A stretch of DNA of 32,000 bases from the NCBI GenBank assembly GCA_049942765.1, contig CP188086.1, forward strand, positions 270,001 through 302,000. Direction: 5' to 3'. Below the pieces are notes generated by a model that worked only from the letters and a program-made list of their open reading frames with translations, did not search any database and had not been told where the DNA came from. This document shows positions 15,960 through 26,544 of the stretch, piece after piece. The position numbers and the translations under genes were made by a program. Within the stretch, counting starts at the first letter, position 1, and every line of letters starts with the position of its first letter. Source of the stretch: Candidatus Saccharimonadota bacterium. Its GTDB lineage: Bacteria; Pseudomonadota; Gammaproteobacteria; Enterobacterales; Enterobacteriaceae.

Positions 15960-17711
15960 TTATTTAATATATTTGATATGGAGTTCTTGTAGTTGTTCAT
16001 AATGAATATTAGTTGGTGCATTAGTGGTTAAACAAGCAGCAGTAGTAGTTTTAGGAAAAGCAATTACATCTTTAATATCATGACTATTAATTAATAACAT
16101 AATTAATCGATCTAATCCTATAGCAATACCTGAATGAACTGGAGCTCCATATTGTAAAGCATTGGTGAAAAAATCGAAATCATCCTTTTGTTTTTGTTCA
16201 GATAATCCCAATATTTGAAATACTGTTTTTTGTGTGATATAGTCGTTAATTCTCATAGATCCACCACCTAGTTCATAACCATTAATAACAATATCATATG
16301 CATTAGAAACAGCTTTTATTGGGTTTTCTTTTAATTCTTTTAATGAAATATTTTTTGGTTGAACAAAGGGGTGGTGTGTACTTGATAAACGTCCTTCATG
16401 ATTTTTATTAAACATGGGAAAATCAGTAATCCATACAGGTTTATAGCTTCTTTCATCAATTAATGTTAATTGTTGAGCTAATTTAGTTCTTATTACATGA
16501 CATAAATGGTTTACTATATGAATTTTATTAGCAGTTACAAAGATAAGATCTAATTTTTTAGCACCTACCTTTTTAACAATTTTTTTTATAATTGGTAATG
16601 TAAAAATATGTTCTATGGAAAATACATCAGGCATGATGTCAGTATTATCAAAATGTTTTATAACAAATAATTTTGAATTATTTTTCTTTGCTATAAGTTG
16701 ATAAAATTGAATATCTTTTATTGTTAGACTACTTCCACCAGGAATACATAAAGCTACTATACGGGCATTGCTATCATTATAATCAAATGAAAAATTCTTA
16801 AATTTCATTGTTTTTAGAATATTTTTGATGTCAATAATTTTTATTGGGTTTCGTAAATCCGGTTTATCAGTACCATACAATTTCATAGAATCAGAAAATG
16901 TTAATTTTTTAAATTTACCTAAATGTACTTGTTTGATTTTTAACCATATTTTACGCAATAATTTTTCGATTATTAATTGAATATATGAAATTGAAACAAA
17001 AGCAAGTTCTATATCTATTTGTGTAAATTCAGGTTGTCGATCTGAACGTAAATCTTCATCTCGAAAACATTTTGTAATTTGATAATATCGATCAATTCCA
17101 GAAATCATTAGTAATTGTTTGAATAATTGAGGTGATTGAGGTAAGGCATAAAATTTTTTAGGGTGTATTCTACTAGGTACTAAGTAATCTCTGGCTCCTT
17201 CAGGTGTTGATTTTGTTAGAATAGGTGTTTCTATGTATAAAAATTTATTTTTTTGCATAAAATTATGTGTGATTCTTATTACATCATTTCTAATTTTTAG
17301 ATTTTTTAGTAAGGAAAAATTTCTTAATTCTAAATATCTATACTTGAGATTTATTAATTGTTTATTATTTTTTTTTGTATCAAAAGGTATAGGTAAGGAT
17401 GAATTAATAATTATTAACTTAGATGCTAGTATTTCAATATAACCTGTTTGAATCGAATCATTAATATTATTGTTTGTTCTGGGTTGAACGGTTCCTGTAA
17501 TTTGAATGCAAAATTCATTCCTAAGAGTTTTAGCTAAATGAAATATATCCGTTTTATCTTGATTAAATACTACTTGAACTATACCTTCGCAATCACGTAA
17601 ACTAATAAATAGAATTTGTTTTAATTTACGGATACTGTGTACCCAACCACATAAAATCACTTCTTGTTTGACATGAGTTAATCCAACATTACCACAATAT
17701 TCAGTTCTCAT
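15960..17711 (-). CDS. aspS: Aspartate--tRNA ligase
   Basis: 583 aa, against 590 aa in E. coli. The N-terminal OB anticodon-binding domain begins MRTEYCG..L....V.LCGWV. It has class II motifs (FRDEDLRSDRQPEFTQIDIE; GGGSMRI; GIAIGLDRL) and the bacterial insertion domain. An AGGA SD is present. Confidence 0.98.
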   Translation of the reverse strand: MRTEYCGNVGLTHVKQEVILCGWVHSIRKLKQILFISLRDCEGIVQVVFNQDKTDIFHLAKTLRNEFCIQITGTVQPRTNNNINDSIQTGYIEILASKLIIINSSLPIPFDTKKNNKQLINLKYRYLELRNFSLLKNLKIRNDVIRITHNFMQKNKFLYIETPILTKSTPEGARDYLVPSRIHPKKFYALPQSPQLFKQLLMISGIDRYYQITKCFRDEDLRSDRQPEFTQIDIELAFVSISYIQLIIEKLLRKIWLKIKQVHLGKFKKLTFSDSMKLYGTDKPDLRNPIKIIDIKNILKTMKFKNFSFDYNDSNARIVALCIPGGSSLTIKDIQFYQLIAKKNNSKLFVIKHFDNTDIMPDVFSIEHIFTLPIIKKIVKKVGAKKLDLIFVTANKIHIVNHLCHVIRTKLAQQLTLIDERSYKPVWITDFPMFNKNHEGRLSSTHHPFVQPKNISLKELKENPIKAVSNAYDIVINGYELGGGSMRINDYITQKTVFQILGLSEQKQKDDFDFFTNALQYGAPVHSGIAIGLDRLIMLLINSHDIKDVIAFPKTTTAACLTTNAPTNIHYEQLQELHIKYIK

Positions 17712-17999
17712 GTAGAATTCCTATGAATTGTTATTTAGTAACTACTTTTAATTTAAAGTGGATAGATAAATAATATGTTTTTAAATTAAGTATTTATATT
17801 ATATAAATATATTAAGTAAGAAGAAGAATATCTTTATCACTGTATTTATAATAAATAACATATGATTACCTATCGTAAATAAATCATGTTTTAATAAACA
17901 ATACTATTTCTAATTTATTAACATTTAACTATTATAAATTGTTTATTTATATTATTTTTATTTAGATATAAATAAATTGAATAATTTTTTTTATCCATA

Positions 18000-18218
18000 T
18001 TATCTACTTCGAAAGATAATTCTACCTTTAGTTAAATCGTATGGAGTTAATTCTACTGTGACTTTATCTCCTGTTAAAATTCTAATATAATTTTTTCTCA
18101 TTTTTCCGGAAATATGTGCAATAATATTGTGTCCATTATCTAATTCTACATTAAACATGGTGTTTGGTAATGTATCTATTACAGTTCCTTGCATTTCTAT
18201 ATTTTCTTCTTTACTCAT
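18000..18218 (-). CDS. infA: Translation initiation factor IF-1
   Basis: The 72-aa product is [72 protein letters not shown]. It is near-identical in pattern to E. coli InfA. An AGGA SD is present. Confidence 0.98.
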   Translation of the reverse strand: MSKEENIEMQGTVIDTLPNTMFNVELDNGHNIIAHISGKMRKNYIRILTGDKVTVELTPYDLTKGRIIFRSR

Positions 18219-18354
18219 ATTATTTTTCCTAATTTATCTTAAATTTATTTTCATAAGATGATATAATAATTGTTAATTAAATAATTTATATGTTTATAAT
18301 AATAAAAATATATTTATTTATTAATAAATAATTCTTATAAAAAATTCCTTGAAA

Positions 18355-19311
18355 TTAACTAATACTATCTAAATATGATTCAGCATCTAAAGCAGCCATA
18401 CATCCTGTTGCTGATGCAGTAATAGCTTGACGATAAGTATGATCGATAACATCCCCTGCTGCGAAAACACCTGGTATACTAGTTTGAGTGAAATTTTTAT
18501 GTGAATGATGTTTTACTGTAATGTATCCGTCCTTAGTTTTTAATTGATCAAAAAATATATTACTATTAGGAGAATGCCCAATAGCTATAAACACACCTGA
18601 TACAGGTATTTTTTTTATTTCATTTTTATGGTTTTTAATACATATAGTATTCACTGATTGATTGTTTCCAATGATATCAATAACAATATAATTTTTTAAA
18701 ATAACTATTTTTTTAGTTTTTATTTTTCGTTCTAGTCTATTAATTAAAATTTTTTCAGCATTAAATGTGTTTCTACGATGGATTAAATATACTGTAGATA
18801 CAATATTTGATAAATATAACACTTCTTCTATAGCTGTATTTCCACCACCTACGACTGCTACATTTTTATTTTTGTAAAAAAAACCATCACAAGTGGCACA
18901 CGTAGATACTCCTTTACCTATATATTTTGTTTCAGAATCTAATCCTAAGTGTTTAGCAGTTGAACCAGTGGCAATAATTAAGCTGCTACTATGATATTCG
19001 TATTGATATCCATATAATTTTAATGTTTTATTGGATAAATCTACTTTCACAATATGATCTGAAATAATATTAGTTTTAAATTTTAATACATGTTTGTACA
19101 TTTCATTCATTAATGTCAATCCACTAATTTTTTCGATGTGACCAGGCCAATTTTCAATTTCATTAGTGTTAATTAATTGTCCACCACGATTGTTTCCTGT
19201 AATTAAAACAGGTGATAAATTTGCTCTAGCTGCATAAATAGCTGCAGTACAACCAGCAGGACCAGATCCTATAATTATTAATTTAGCGTTAATAAGTTGT
19301 TGTTGATTCAT
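18355..19311 (-). CDS. trxB: Thioredoxin reductase (NADPH)
   Basis: 318 aa. It has the FAD motif GSGPAGCTAAIYAARA, the redox-active CATCDG, the NADPH motif VVGGGNTAIEE and HRR. Confidence 0.97.
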   Translation of the reverse strand: MNQQQLINAKLIIIGSGPAGCTAAIYAARANLSPVLITGNNRGGQLINTNEIENWPGHIEKISGLTLMNEMYKHVLKFKTNIISDHIVKVDLSNKTLKLYGYQYEYHSSSLIIATGSTAKHLGLDSETKYIGKGVSTCATCDGFFYKNKNVAVVGGGNTAIEEVLYLSNIVSTVYLIHRRNTFNAEKILINRLERKIKTKKIVILKNYIVIDIIGNNQSVNTICIKNHKNEIKKIPVSGVFIAIGHSPNSNIFFDQLKTKDGYITVKHHSHKNFTQTSIPGVFAAGDVIDHTYRQAITASATGCMAALDAESYLDSIS

Positions 19312-19729
19312 GATATAATTACTTGCTCTAAAATTTTATATATTTGTATTATGTATGAAATAAATGAAATATATTATAGTTCATAGAATGAATTTCTATG
19401 TGTTATAATTCTCATTATAATTTTATTTTTAACTAATATATAAATTTAGCATTTTAACAAATAAAAAGAAATAACTATTTTTTAATCTGTTTATTAAAAA
19501 ATTTATTTTAGGAATAAATAGTAATTAAACATGTACATATAGTTATAAGAATTAATATAACATTACATTAAAAAATAAATTTTAAAAAATAATGTTTTCT
19601 TAATATCCTTATTGATACAAAAATTATTTTAATATATATAAAAAATTTAAAACATTGAATTCTTGCAATAGAGAAAATTACAAAAAATTAGTATACTTAA
19701 TAGTACTATTATTTTTATGTGTGATTATC

Positions 19730-21031
19730 ATGTTAGATCCTAATTTATTACGTTATCAACTAGATGTAGTTAAAAAAAAATTAATACGACGAGGTTTTTT
19801 TATAGATGAAAGTAAAATTAAATCTATGGAAAAAATTAGAAAACAATTACAAATTGAAACTGATTGTTTGCAATCTCAGCATAAAAAACTATCTAAATTA
19901 ATTGGTCAAAAAAAAGATTTATTAAAAGATGAAAAATCTATATATAGTACAGTGTCCAAATTACATAAACATATAAAAATATTAAAAAATAAACTGACAC
20001 TTATAAAAAATGAAATTAATGATTTTTGTTTAGAAATACCTAATATACCAGATGATAGTATTCCTGACGGAAATAATGCAACGTTTAATCAAGAGATATT
20101 AAAATGGGGTGATGAACCATCTTATAATTTTAAAGTTAAAAATCATATAGAAATAGGTCAACAATTACATGGTTTAGATTTTAATGTTGCTAGCTTAATG
20201 TCCGGTTCTCGTTTTATTGTGATGAATGGTCAAATAGCTTTATTACACCGTGCTTTAGGTCAATTTATGCTAGATGTTCATACTATTCAACATAAATATA
20301 TAGAAACTTATGTTCCCTATTTGGTAAATAAACAAAGTTTATTTGGAACAGGTCAATTACCTAAATTTCATCGTGATTTATTTTATGTAAATTATGATTA
20401 CTCATCTAATAATAATAAAAACTATGTACTAATTCCTACAGCTGAAGTTCCATTAACTAATATTTTTTGTAACAAAATTATAAATGAATCACAGTTACCT
20501 ATAAAACTAGTAGCTCATAGTCCATGTTTTAGGTCAGAATCTGGTTCATATGGTAAAGACATTAAAGGTTTAATTAGAATGCATCAATTTGATAAAGTTG
20601 AATTAATGCAAATTGTACATCCAAAAAAATCTATGGAATCTCTAGATTTATTAACTGGACATGCAGAAAAAATATTACAATTACTAGAGTTACCATATAG
20701 AAAAGTTTTATTATGTTGTGGAGATTTAGGTTTTTCAGCTACTAAAACATATGATTTAGAAGTATGGTTTCCTTCTCAAAATATGTATAGAGAAGTATCT
20801 TCTTGTTCTAATATGTTAGATTTTCAGTCTCGTAGAATGAAATCTAGATATAAAGATATGAATACAAAAAAAAATCATTTATTACATACTATAAATGGAT
20901 CTGGATTGGCAGTAGGTAGAACTTTAGCATCTATAATGGAAAATTATCAATGTGAAGATGGTAGAATTAAAATACCAAAAATTTTAAAAGATAATTATAT
21001 GCGTGGTTTAAGTTACATTTCATTAACTTAA
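19730..21031 (+). CDS. serS: Serine--tRNA ligase
   Basis: I place the start at MLDPNLLR (ATG at 19730), which is identical to the E. coli SerS N-terminus. That gives 433 aa, against 430 in E. coli. It has class II motifs (FRSE.GSYG.D..GLIRMHQFDKVE; TLNGSGLAVGRTL). The ORF-track start at 19655 (TTG) adds 25 non-homologous codons. Confidence 0.96.
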   Translation: MLDPNLLRYQLDVVKKKLIRRGFFIDESKIKSMEKIRKQLQIETDCLQSQHKKLSKLIGQKKDLLKDEKSIYSTVSKLHKHIKILKNKLTLIKNEINDFCLEIPNIPDDSIPDGNNATFNQEILKWGDEPSYNFKVKNHIEIGQQLHGLDFNVASLMSGSRFIVMNGQIALLHRALGQFMLDVHTIQHKYIETYVPYLVNKQSLFGTGQLPKFHRDLFYVNYDYSSNNNKNYVLIPTAEVPLTNIFCNKIINESQLPIKLVAHSPCFRSESGSYGKDIKGLIRMHQFDKVELMQIVHPKKSMESLDLLTGHAEKILQLLELPYRKVLLCCGDLGFSATKTYDLEVWFPSQNMYREVSSCSNMLDFQSRRMKSRYKDMNTKKNHLLHTINGSGLAVGRTLASIMENYQCEDGRIKIPKILKDNYMRGLSYISLT

Positions 21032-21176
21032 AATTTATGTATATTAAAATTTAATTACATAAAAATATATAACTATTATTTTTATAATAGAGAAATGTGA
21101 ACATTTTTGATGTTAGTTAAATTTTAAATGAAGTTTCATATTGTTTAATTATTTATCATGATCTATAGGTATAAAA

Positions 21177-22262
21177 ATGAAAAAAATATATAATTTCAGT
21201 GCTGGTCCTTCTATGTTACCTATAGATGTTATGACTGAAGCTAAAAAGAATTTTAAATATTGGAACAATTTATCTTATTCAATTATGGAAATTAGTCATA
21301 GAAGTTCATATTTTTTAGATATGATAGAAGAAGCTGAAAGTAATTTAAGAGAATTATTAAATATTCCAGATCATTATAAAATATTGTTTACTCATGGAGG
21401 TGCTAGAGGTCAATTTTCTGTAATACCAATGAATTTATTACATAACAATAATTATGCTGATTACATTTGTTCTGGATATTGGTCTCAAGCAGCAGCAACT
21501 GAAGCTAAAAAATACTGTATAGCTAATGAAGTTCATGTAATTAATGACATAAACAATAAAATTGTTATAACACCAATGAAAAACTGGAAAATACATGATA
21601 GTTCATGTTATGTTCATTACTGTTTTAATGAAACAATAAGTGGTTTAGCTATTTATGATATTCCTAATTGGAATAATAAATTTGTTATATGTGATTGTTC
21701 TTCTTCGTTATTATCACAAACTATTAATATAGAAGATTATTCTTTAATTTATGCTAGTGCACAAAAAAATATAGGTTTATCTGGAATTACTTTAATTATC
21801 ATTAGAGAAGACTTAATTGGATTATCAAAACAGAACGTCCCTTCAATTTTAGATTATCATTATTTATTTATGAATCAATCTATGTTTAATACCCCTTCTA
21901 CTTATTCTTGGTATATATGTAGTTTAGTATTTAAATGGTTAAAAAATCTAGGTGGTATTGAAGTAATCGAAAAAATTAATAAAGAAAAAGCACATCATTT
22001 ATATCATGTAATTGATAATAGTGATTTTTATGTTAATGATATTCATCCTGATAATCGATCAATTATGAATGTTGTTTTTCGTTTGAAAAATCCATTTTTA
22101 GAACCAACATTTTTACAACAATCAACGAATATTGGGTTATTATTTTTAAATAATCATAAAATATTAGGTGGTATAAGAGCATCTATTTACAATTCTATGC
22201 CATTATGTGGTGTAAAAAAATTAGCAAAATTTATGAAAAATTTTGAAAAAAAATATGGTTGA
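21177..22262 (+). CDS. serC: Phosphoserine aminotransferase
   Basis: 361 aa, against 362 in E. coli. The N-terminus is IYNFSAGPSMLP. The PLP-lysine region is ASAQKNIGLSGIT. GGIRASIYN lies near the C-terminus. serC is followed by aroA, as in E. coli. Confidence 0.96.
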   Translation: MKKIYNFSAGPSMLPIDVMTEAKKNFKYWNNLSYSIMEISHRSSYFLDMIEEAESNLRELLNIPDHYKILFTHGGARGQFSVIPMNLLHNNNYADYICSGYWSQAAATEAKKYCIANEVHVINDINNKIVITPMKNWKIHDSSCYVHYCFNETISGLAIYDIPNWNNKFVICDCSSSLLSQTINIEDYSLIYASAQKNIGLSGITLIIIREDLIGLSKQNVPSILDYHYLFMNQSMFNTPSTYSWYICSLVFKWLKNLGGIEVIEKINKEKAHHLYHVIDNSDFYVNDIHPDNRSIMNVVFRLKNPFLEPTFLQQSTNIGLLFLNNHKILGGIRASIYNSMPLCGVKKLAKFMKNFEKKYG

Positions 22263-22320
22263 AAACTAATTACAACGAATTTCTTACAAATACAATAATA
22301 ATTAAATGAGAGATTTTATT

Positions 22321-23619
22321 ATGAATAATTCTTTAATTTTAAAGCCAATTAATTTCATTAATGGATGTATAAAATTACCTGGTTCAAAAAGTATTTCTAA
22401 TAGAGTGTTATTGCTTTCAGCATTGTCTGAAAATAAAACATATATAGAAAATTTATTATGTTGTGATGATACAAAACATATGTTAAGTGCATTAAAAATG
22501 TTAGGTATAAAATATGAATTATCTAATGATAATACATCTTGTGTTATACACGGTATAGGAACAGATTTATTAGAACAAAAAAATCCTTTATCAATTTTTG
22601 TAGGAAACGCTGGTACAGTTTTTAGACCACTAACTGCATTATTATCTTTAAAAAAAAACAATATTGTTTTAACTGGTAGTACGAGAATGCAAGAGCGACC
22701 TATAAAACATCTGGTAGATGCCTTACAACAATCTGGAGCTAAAATACAATATAAAAAAAATGATTTTTATCCTCCTATAGTTATTAAAGGTGGTTTTATG
22801 GGAGGTTTTATTCAATTAAAAAGTACAATATCTAGTCAATTTTTAACAGCAATTTTATTAGCTGCACCCTTAGCAAAACTTGATACAACAATTAATATTA
22901 TAGGAGATTTAGTTTCTAAACCTTACGTTGAATTAACGATTAATTTAATGAAATCTTTTGGTATTACTGTAAACCATAACAATTATAAATCTTTTTTTGT
23001 TAATGGAAATCAAGAGTATTCCTCTCCTGGAAAATTTTTTGTAGAAGGAGATGCTACATCTGCTTCTTATTTTCTAGCAGCTGCAGCTATTAAAGGAGGA
23101 TCAGTTACAGTATCAGGAGTAGGTAGAAAAAGTATTCAGGGAGATATATATTTTGCTACTGTATTAGAAAAAATGGGAGCTAAAATACAATGGGGGGATA
23201 ATCACATTACGTGTACAAAAAATGAATTATATGGTATTGATTTAAATATGAATGATATACCTGATTCCGCTATGACTATAGCCATAGTAGCTTTATTTTG
23301 TATTGGAAAATCTGTATTAAGAAATATTTATAATTGGAGAGTAAAAGAAACAGATCGTTTAAAAGCAATGTCTACAGAGTTGAAAAAAATTGGTGCTATA
23401 GTAGAAGAAGGCGTAGATTTTTTAGTCGTGTACCCTCCTAAAATATTTTTTAATGCAGTAATCGATACTTATGATGATCATCGAATAGCAATGTGTTTTT
23501 CATTAATAGCATTGTCAAATAATATTGTTACGATAGTAAATCCAAAATGTATTAATAAAACATTTCCTAATTATTTTAATCAGTTATCTAGTATTAGTAT
23601 AAATAATGCGAAAGAATAA
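22321..23619 (+). CDS. aroA: 3-phosphoshikimate 1-carboxyvinyltransferase (EPSP synthase)
   Basis: It is collinear with E. coli AroA (427 aa). Shared segments are [52 protein letters not shown] and [11 protein letters not shown] prefer the start MNNSLILKP at 22321, which has GAGAG upstream and aligns with MESLTLQP. An alternative ATG at 22306 adds 5 codons. Confidence 0.95.
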   Translation: MNNSLILKPINFINGCIKLPGSKSISNRVLLLSALSENKTYIENLLCCDDTKHMLSALKMLGIKYELSNDNTSCVIHGIGTDLLEQKNPLSIFVGNAGTVFRPLTALLSLKKNNIVLTGSTRMQERPIKHLVDALQQSGAKIQYKKNDFYPPIVIKGGFMGGFIQLKSTISSQFLTAILLAAPLAKLDTTINIIGDLVSKPYVELTINLMKSFGITVNHNNYKSFFVNGNQEYSSPGKFFVEGDATSASYFLAAAAIKGGSVTVSGVGRKSIQGDIYFATVLEKMGAKIQWGDNHITCTKNELYGIDLNMNDIPDSAMTIAIVALFCIGKSVLRNIYNWRVKETDRLKAMSTELKKIGAIVEEGVDFLVVYPPKIFFNAVIDTYDDHRIAMCFSLIALSNNIVTIVNPKCINKTFPNYFNQLSSISINNAKE

Positions 23620-24480
23620 TTTGAATAAATAGTATATATTAAATATAATATTTTATTAGTATAATTAATATTACTATTGAAGATAATTTAATAATGATTA
23701 AAATTAATAATGACATATATAAATAAACATTCTTAATATTAAGATTAAAGATCTTTCTTTATATAAGAATATTTATGTTTATTAGATATTATGTATATAT
23801 GAAATATTTTTTCACATTAAAATATAAAAATGTTTAATAAATTTAATTAATTATTAAAATAATAAAACATAGATTTACTACTTGTGAAGTAATAACTCAT
23901 GATAGACTATTTTTAATATGTATCATATATTTAAATTTCATTTTAAATTTTGCATCAACACATAGTGTGTGCAATACAATATGAATAAATATTGTTTTAA
24001 TGTGCTTAACTTACAAATATATTGCTAATCATTTTTTAAATAATTATTCTTGCATACAGTATTTTAATATGAATTGATATTAGATCTTATTACATTATGA
24101 TGTATTGGAAAATACACAATATATTAATTAACTTGAATAAATTAAAATGATATTATATAAATATAAAAATAGCTATAATTATAATAGCTTATGTATCTTA
24201 ATTGTAATACAATTATTTATTTAAGATTATGTTAATCATTTAGATTTTTTAAAATAATTCAATAGTTGCAAGAAATTATATTTAATGATAGTTTAAATTG
24301 TTTTAATCCCTATATTAGATATTAAAATAGTTTTATTTATTAAATAAATAACTAAAAATTTTTAATTATTATTAATAATATATAAACATTTTATATATTG
24401 GATTTAATCCATATAAAATTGCGATTTATTAATATATAGATAAAATAATGATTAAATAATTTTGATAATACTTACATAAT

Positions 24481-24580
24481 CGATCCATAGAATGGATTGT
24501 CTAATGGAATAACTTTATATGTGTTAATTAACATGATGTTAATTAAATATTAGATTATAGAATATCTTAAGATCATTAAT
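24481..24580 (+). promoter_or_regulatory. Structured rpsA leader lacking a Shine-Dalgarno sequence (two hairpins)
   Basis: Hairpin 1 spans 24481-24499: CGATCCAT-AGA-ATGGATTG, 8 bp including one G.U pair. Hairpin 2 pairs 24524-24532 with 24538-24546: TTAATTAAC-ATGAT-GTTAATTAA, 9 bp. There is no purine-rich SD in the 20 nt before the ATG (tatcttaagatcattaatATG). Confidence 0.35.
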
Positions 24581-26233
24581 ATGACTGAATCTTTTGCTGA
24601 ATTGTTTGAAAACTCTTTGAAAAAAATAAAAACTAAACCTGGTTCTATTATTCATGGATTAATAGTATCTATAGAAAAAGAAGTTATTGTTGTAGATGCT
24701 GGTCTAAAATCCGAGTCAGCAATTCCTATTGAACAATTTAAAAATTCAAGAGGTGAACTAGATATACAAATTGGAGACATAGTAGATGTAGCGCTAGATG
24801 CAATTGAAGATGGTTTTGGAGAAACTCTTTTATCTCGTGAAAAAGCTAAAAGACATGAAGCATGGTTGTTATTAGAAAAAGCTTATTCTCAATCTGAAAC
24901 AGTAATCGGTGTTATCAATGGAAAGGTTAAAGGTGGTTTTACTGTAGAATTAAACGAGATTCGTGCATTTTTACCAGGGTCTTTAGTAGATATTAGGCCT
25001 ATTAGAGAAACTATACATTTAGAAGGTAAAGAATTAGAATTTAAAGTTATTAAATTAGATCAAAAAAGAAATAATGTGGTCGTGTCTCGTCGTGCTGTGA
25101 TTGAATCAGAACATAGTGCTGACAGAAATCATTTACTAGATAATTTAAAAGAAGGAATTGATCTTAAGGGTATTGTAAAAAATTTAACAGATTATGGAGC
25201 ATTTGTTGATTTAGGAGGTGTAGATGGTTTATTACATATTACAGATATGGCATGGAAAAGAGTTAAGCACCCAAGTGAAATCGTATCTGTTGGAGATGAA
25301 ATATTAGTTAGAATATTAAAATTTGATCGTGATAGAAGTCGTGTTTCATTAGGATTAAAACAATTAGGAGAAGATCCATGGGCATCCATTACTAATAGAT
25401 ATCCAGAAAATACTAAAATAACTGGTAGGGTTACTAACTTAACAGATTATGGATGTTTTGTAGAAATTCAAGAAGGAGTTGAGGGTTTGGTGCATGTCTC
25501 TGAAATGGATTGGACTAATAAAAATGTTCATCCTTCTAAAGTAGTTTGTGTGAATGACATTGTAAAAGTAATGGTACTAGATATTGATGAAGAAAGAAGG
25601 AGAATTTCGTTAGGATTGAAACAATGCAAGGAGAACCCTTGGCAATTATTCTCAGAAACATATAGTAAAGGTACTAAAGTTAATGGAAAAATAAAGTCAA
25701 TCACTGATTTTGGAATCTTTATTGGATTACCTGGTGGAATTGATGGATTAGTACATTTATCTGACATTTCTTGGAATACTACAGGAGAAGAAGCTGTAGT
25801 TAAATATAAAAAACATGATGATATATCAGCAATAGTATTACAAGTAGATGCAGAAAGAGAAAGAATTTCTTTAGGTATTAAACAAATAGAAGAAGATCCT
25901 TTCAATACTTATATCGCTTTATATAAGAATAATGCTAGTGTTCTAGGTACCTTACAAAGAATTGATGAAAAAAACATTGTTGTAATGTTAATACATGGCA
26001 TGGAAGGTAACATAAAATTATTAGATACTTCTGACAATGCTTATGAAAAATTTAAATTAAAATTTAAAGTAGGAGATAAAATAAATTTAAAATTAAATAG
26101 TGTAGATCGAAAAAAAAGGATCATGAATCTTACTGTTCAAGGTAATAGCACTAATATTAGTAATATATCTACATATACTAAAGAAGATATAGTACATAAA
26201 AAGCAATTTTTTAACGTCATATTTGAAGTATAA
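24581..26233 (+). CDS. rpsA: 30S ribosomal protein S1
   Basis: 550 aa, against 557 in E. coli. It starts [12 protein letters not shown] and contains six S1 repeats (e.g. [26 protein letters not shown]). It is visibly less AT-rich than its neighbours. Confidence 0.98.
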   Translation: MTESFAELFENSLKKIKTKPGSIIHGLIVSIEKEVIVVDAGLKSESAIPIEQFKNSRGELDIQIGDIVDVALDAIEDGFGETLLSREKAKRHEAWLLLEKAYSQSETVIGVINGKVKGGFTVELNEIRAFLPGSLVDIRPIRETIHLEGKELEFKVIKLDQKRNNVVVSRRAVIESEHSADRNHLLDNLKEGIDLKGIVKNLTDYGAFVDLGGVDGLLHITDMAWKRVKHPSEIVSVGDEILVRILKFDRDRSRVSLGLKQLGEDPWASITNRYPENTKITGRVTNLTDYGCFVEIQEGVEGLVHVSEMDWTNKNVHPSKVVCVNDIVKVMVLDIDEERRRISLGLKQCKENPWQLFSETYSKGTKVNGKIKSITDFGIFIGLPGGIDGLVHLSDISWNTTGEEAVVKYKKHDDISAIVLQVDAERERISLGIKQIEEDPFNTYIALYKNNASVLGTLQRIDEKNIVVMLIHGMEGNIKLLDTSDNAYEKFKLKFKVGDKINLKLNSVDRKKRIMNLTVQGNSTNISNISTYTKEDIVHKKQFFNVIFEV

Positions 26234-26544
26234 GAAAGTAATATATTTATATTCTTATAAATAATAGATAACATTTTTTTCCAAATATAGATGTTTAAAA
26301 ATTTTATTTATGCAGTAAATGACTATAATAAATTTATTATAACAAAAAATTATTTATATATTAAAAATATTATTAAATATTATGAATAGTGCTTATGTTT
26401 TTATTAAAAAATAAAATTTTTCATAAAATATTGTATATGTATTGGAATATAATTATAAATTAATTTTTTAAAATAAATAAAATTATCAATAGTCATTCAC
26501 TTATTATTCATTTAACAAAATTATTTAATGAGAATAACTTAATT

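Noticed and set aside
19655-19729. N-terminal extension of serS from a TTG start (25 extra codons, MNSCNRENYKKLVYLIVLLFLCVII)
   Set aside because: The E. coli SerS N-terminus (MLDPNLLR) aligns exactly with the internal ATG at 19730. The extension has no counterpart in SerS.
24469-24504. Peptide YLHNRSIEWIV resembling the Cmk C-terminal segment VLDSTTLSIEQVI
   Set aside because: It is too short (4 identities plus a gap) to distinguish from chance. The same bases also form the first rpsA-leader hairpin. I keep it only as a hint under the aroA-rpsA spacer finding.
25192-25905. Antisense ORFs of 65 aa (25192-25389) and 125 aa (25528-25905) opposite rpsA
   Set aside because: They lie antisense to a highly conserved and relatively GC-rich gene. 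Such open antisense frames are a by-product of codon structure. There is no SD and no recognisable family.
26291-26389. 32-codon ORF at the position where ihfB would start
   Set aside because: It shares only about 3 of 32 identities with the IhfB N-terminus, and the diagnostic IEIRGFGSF motif is absent in every frame. ORFs of this length are expected by chance in AT-rich DNA.
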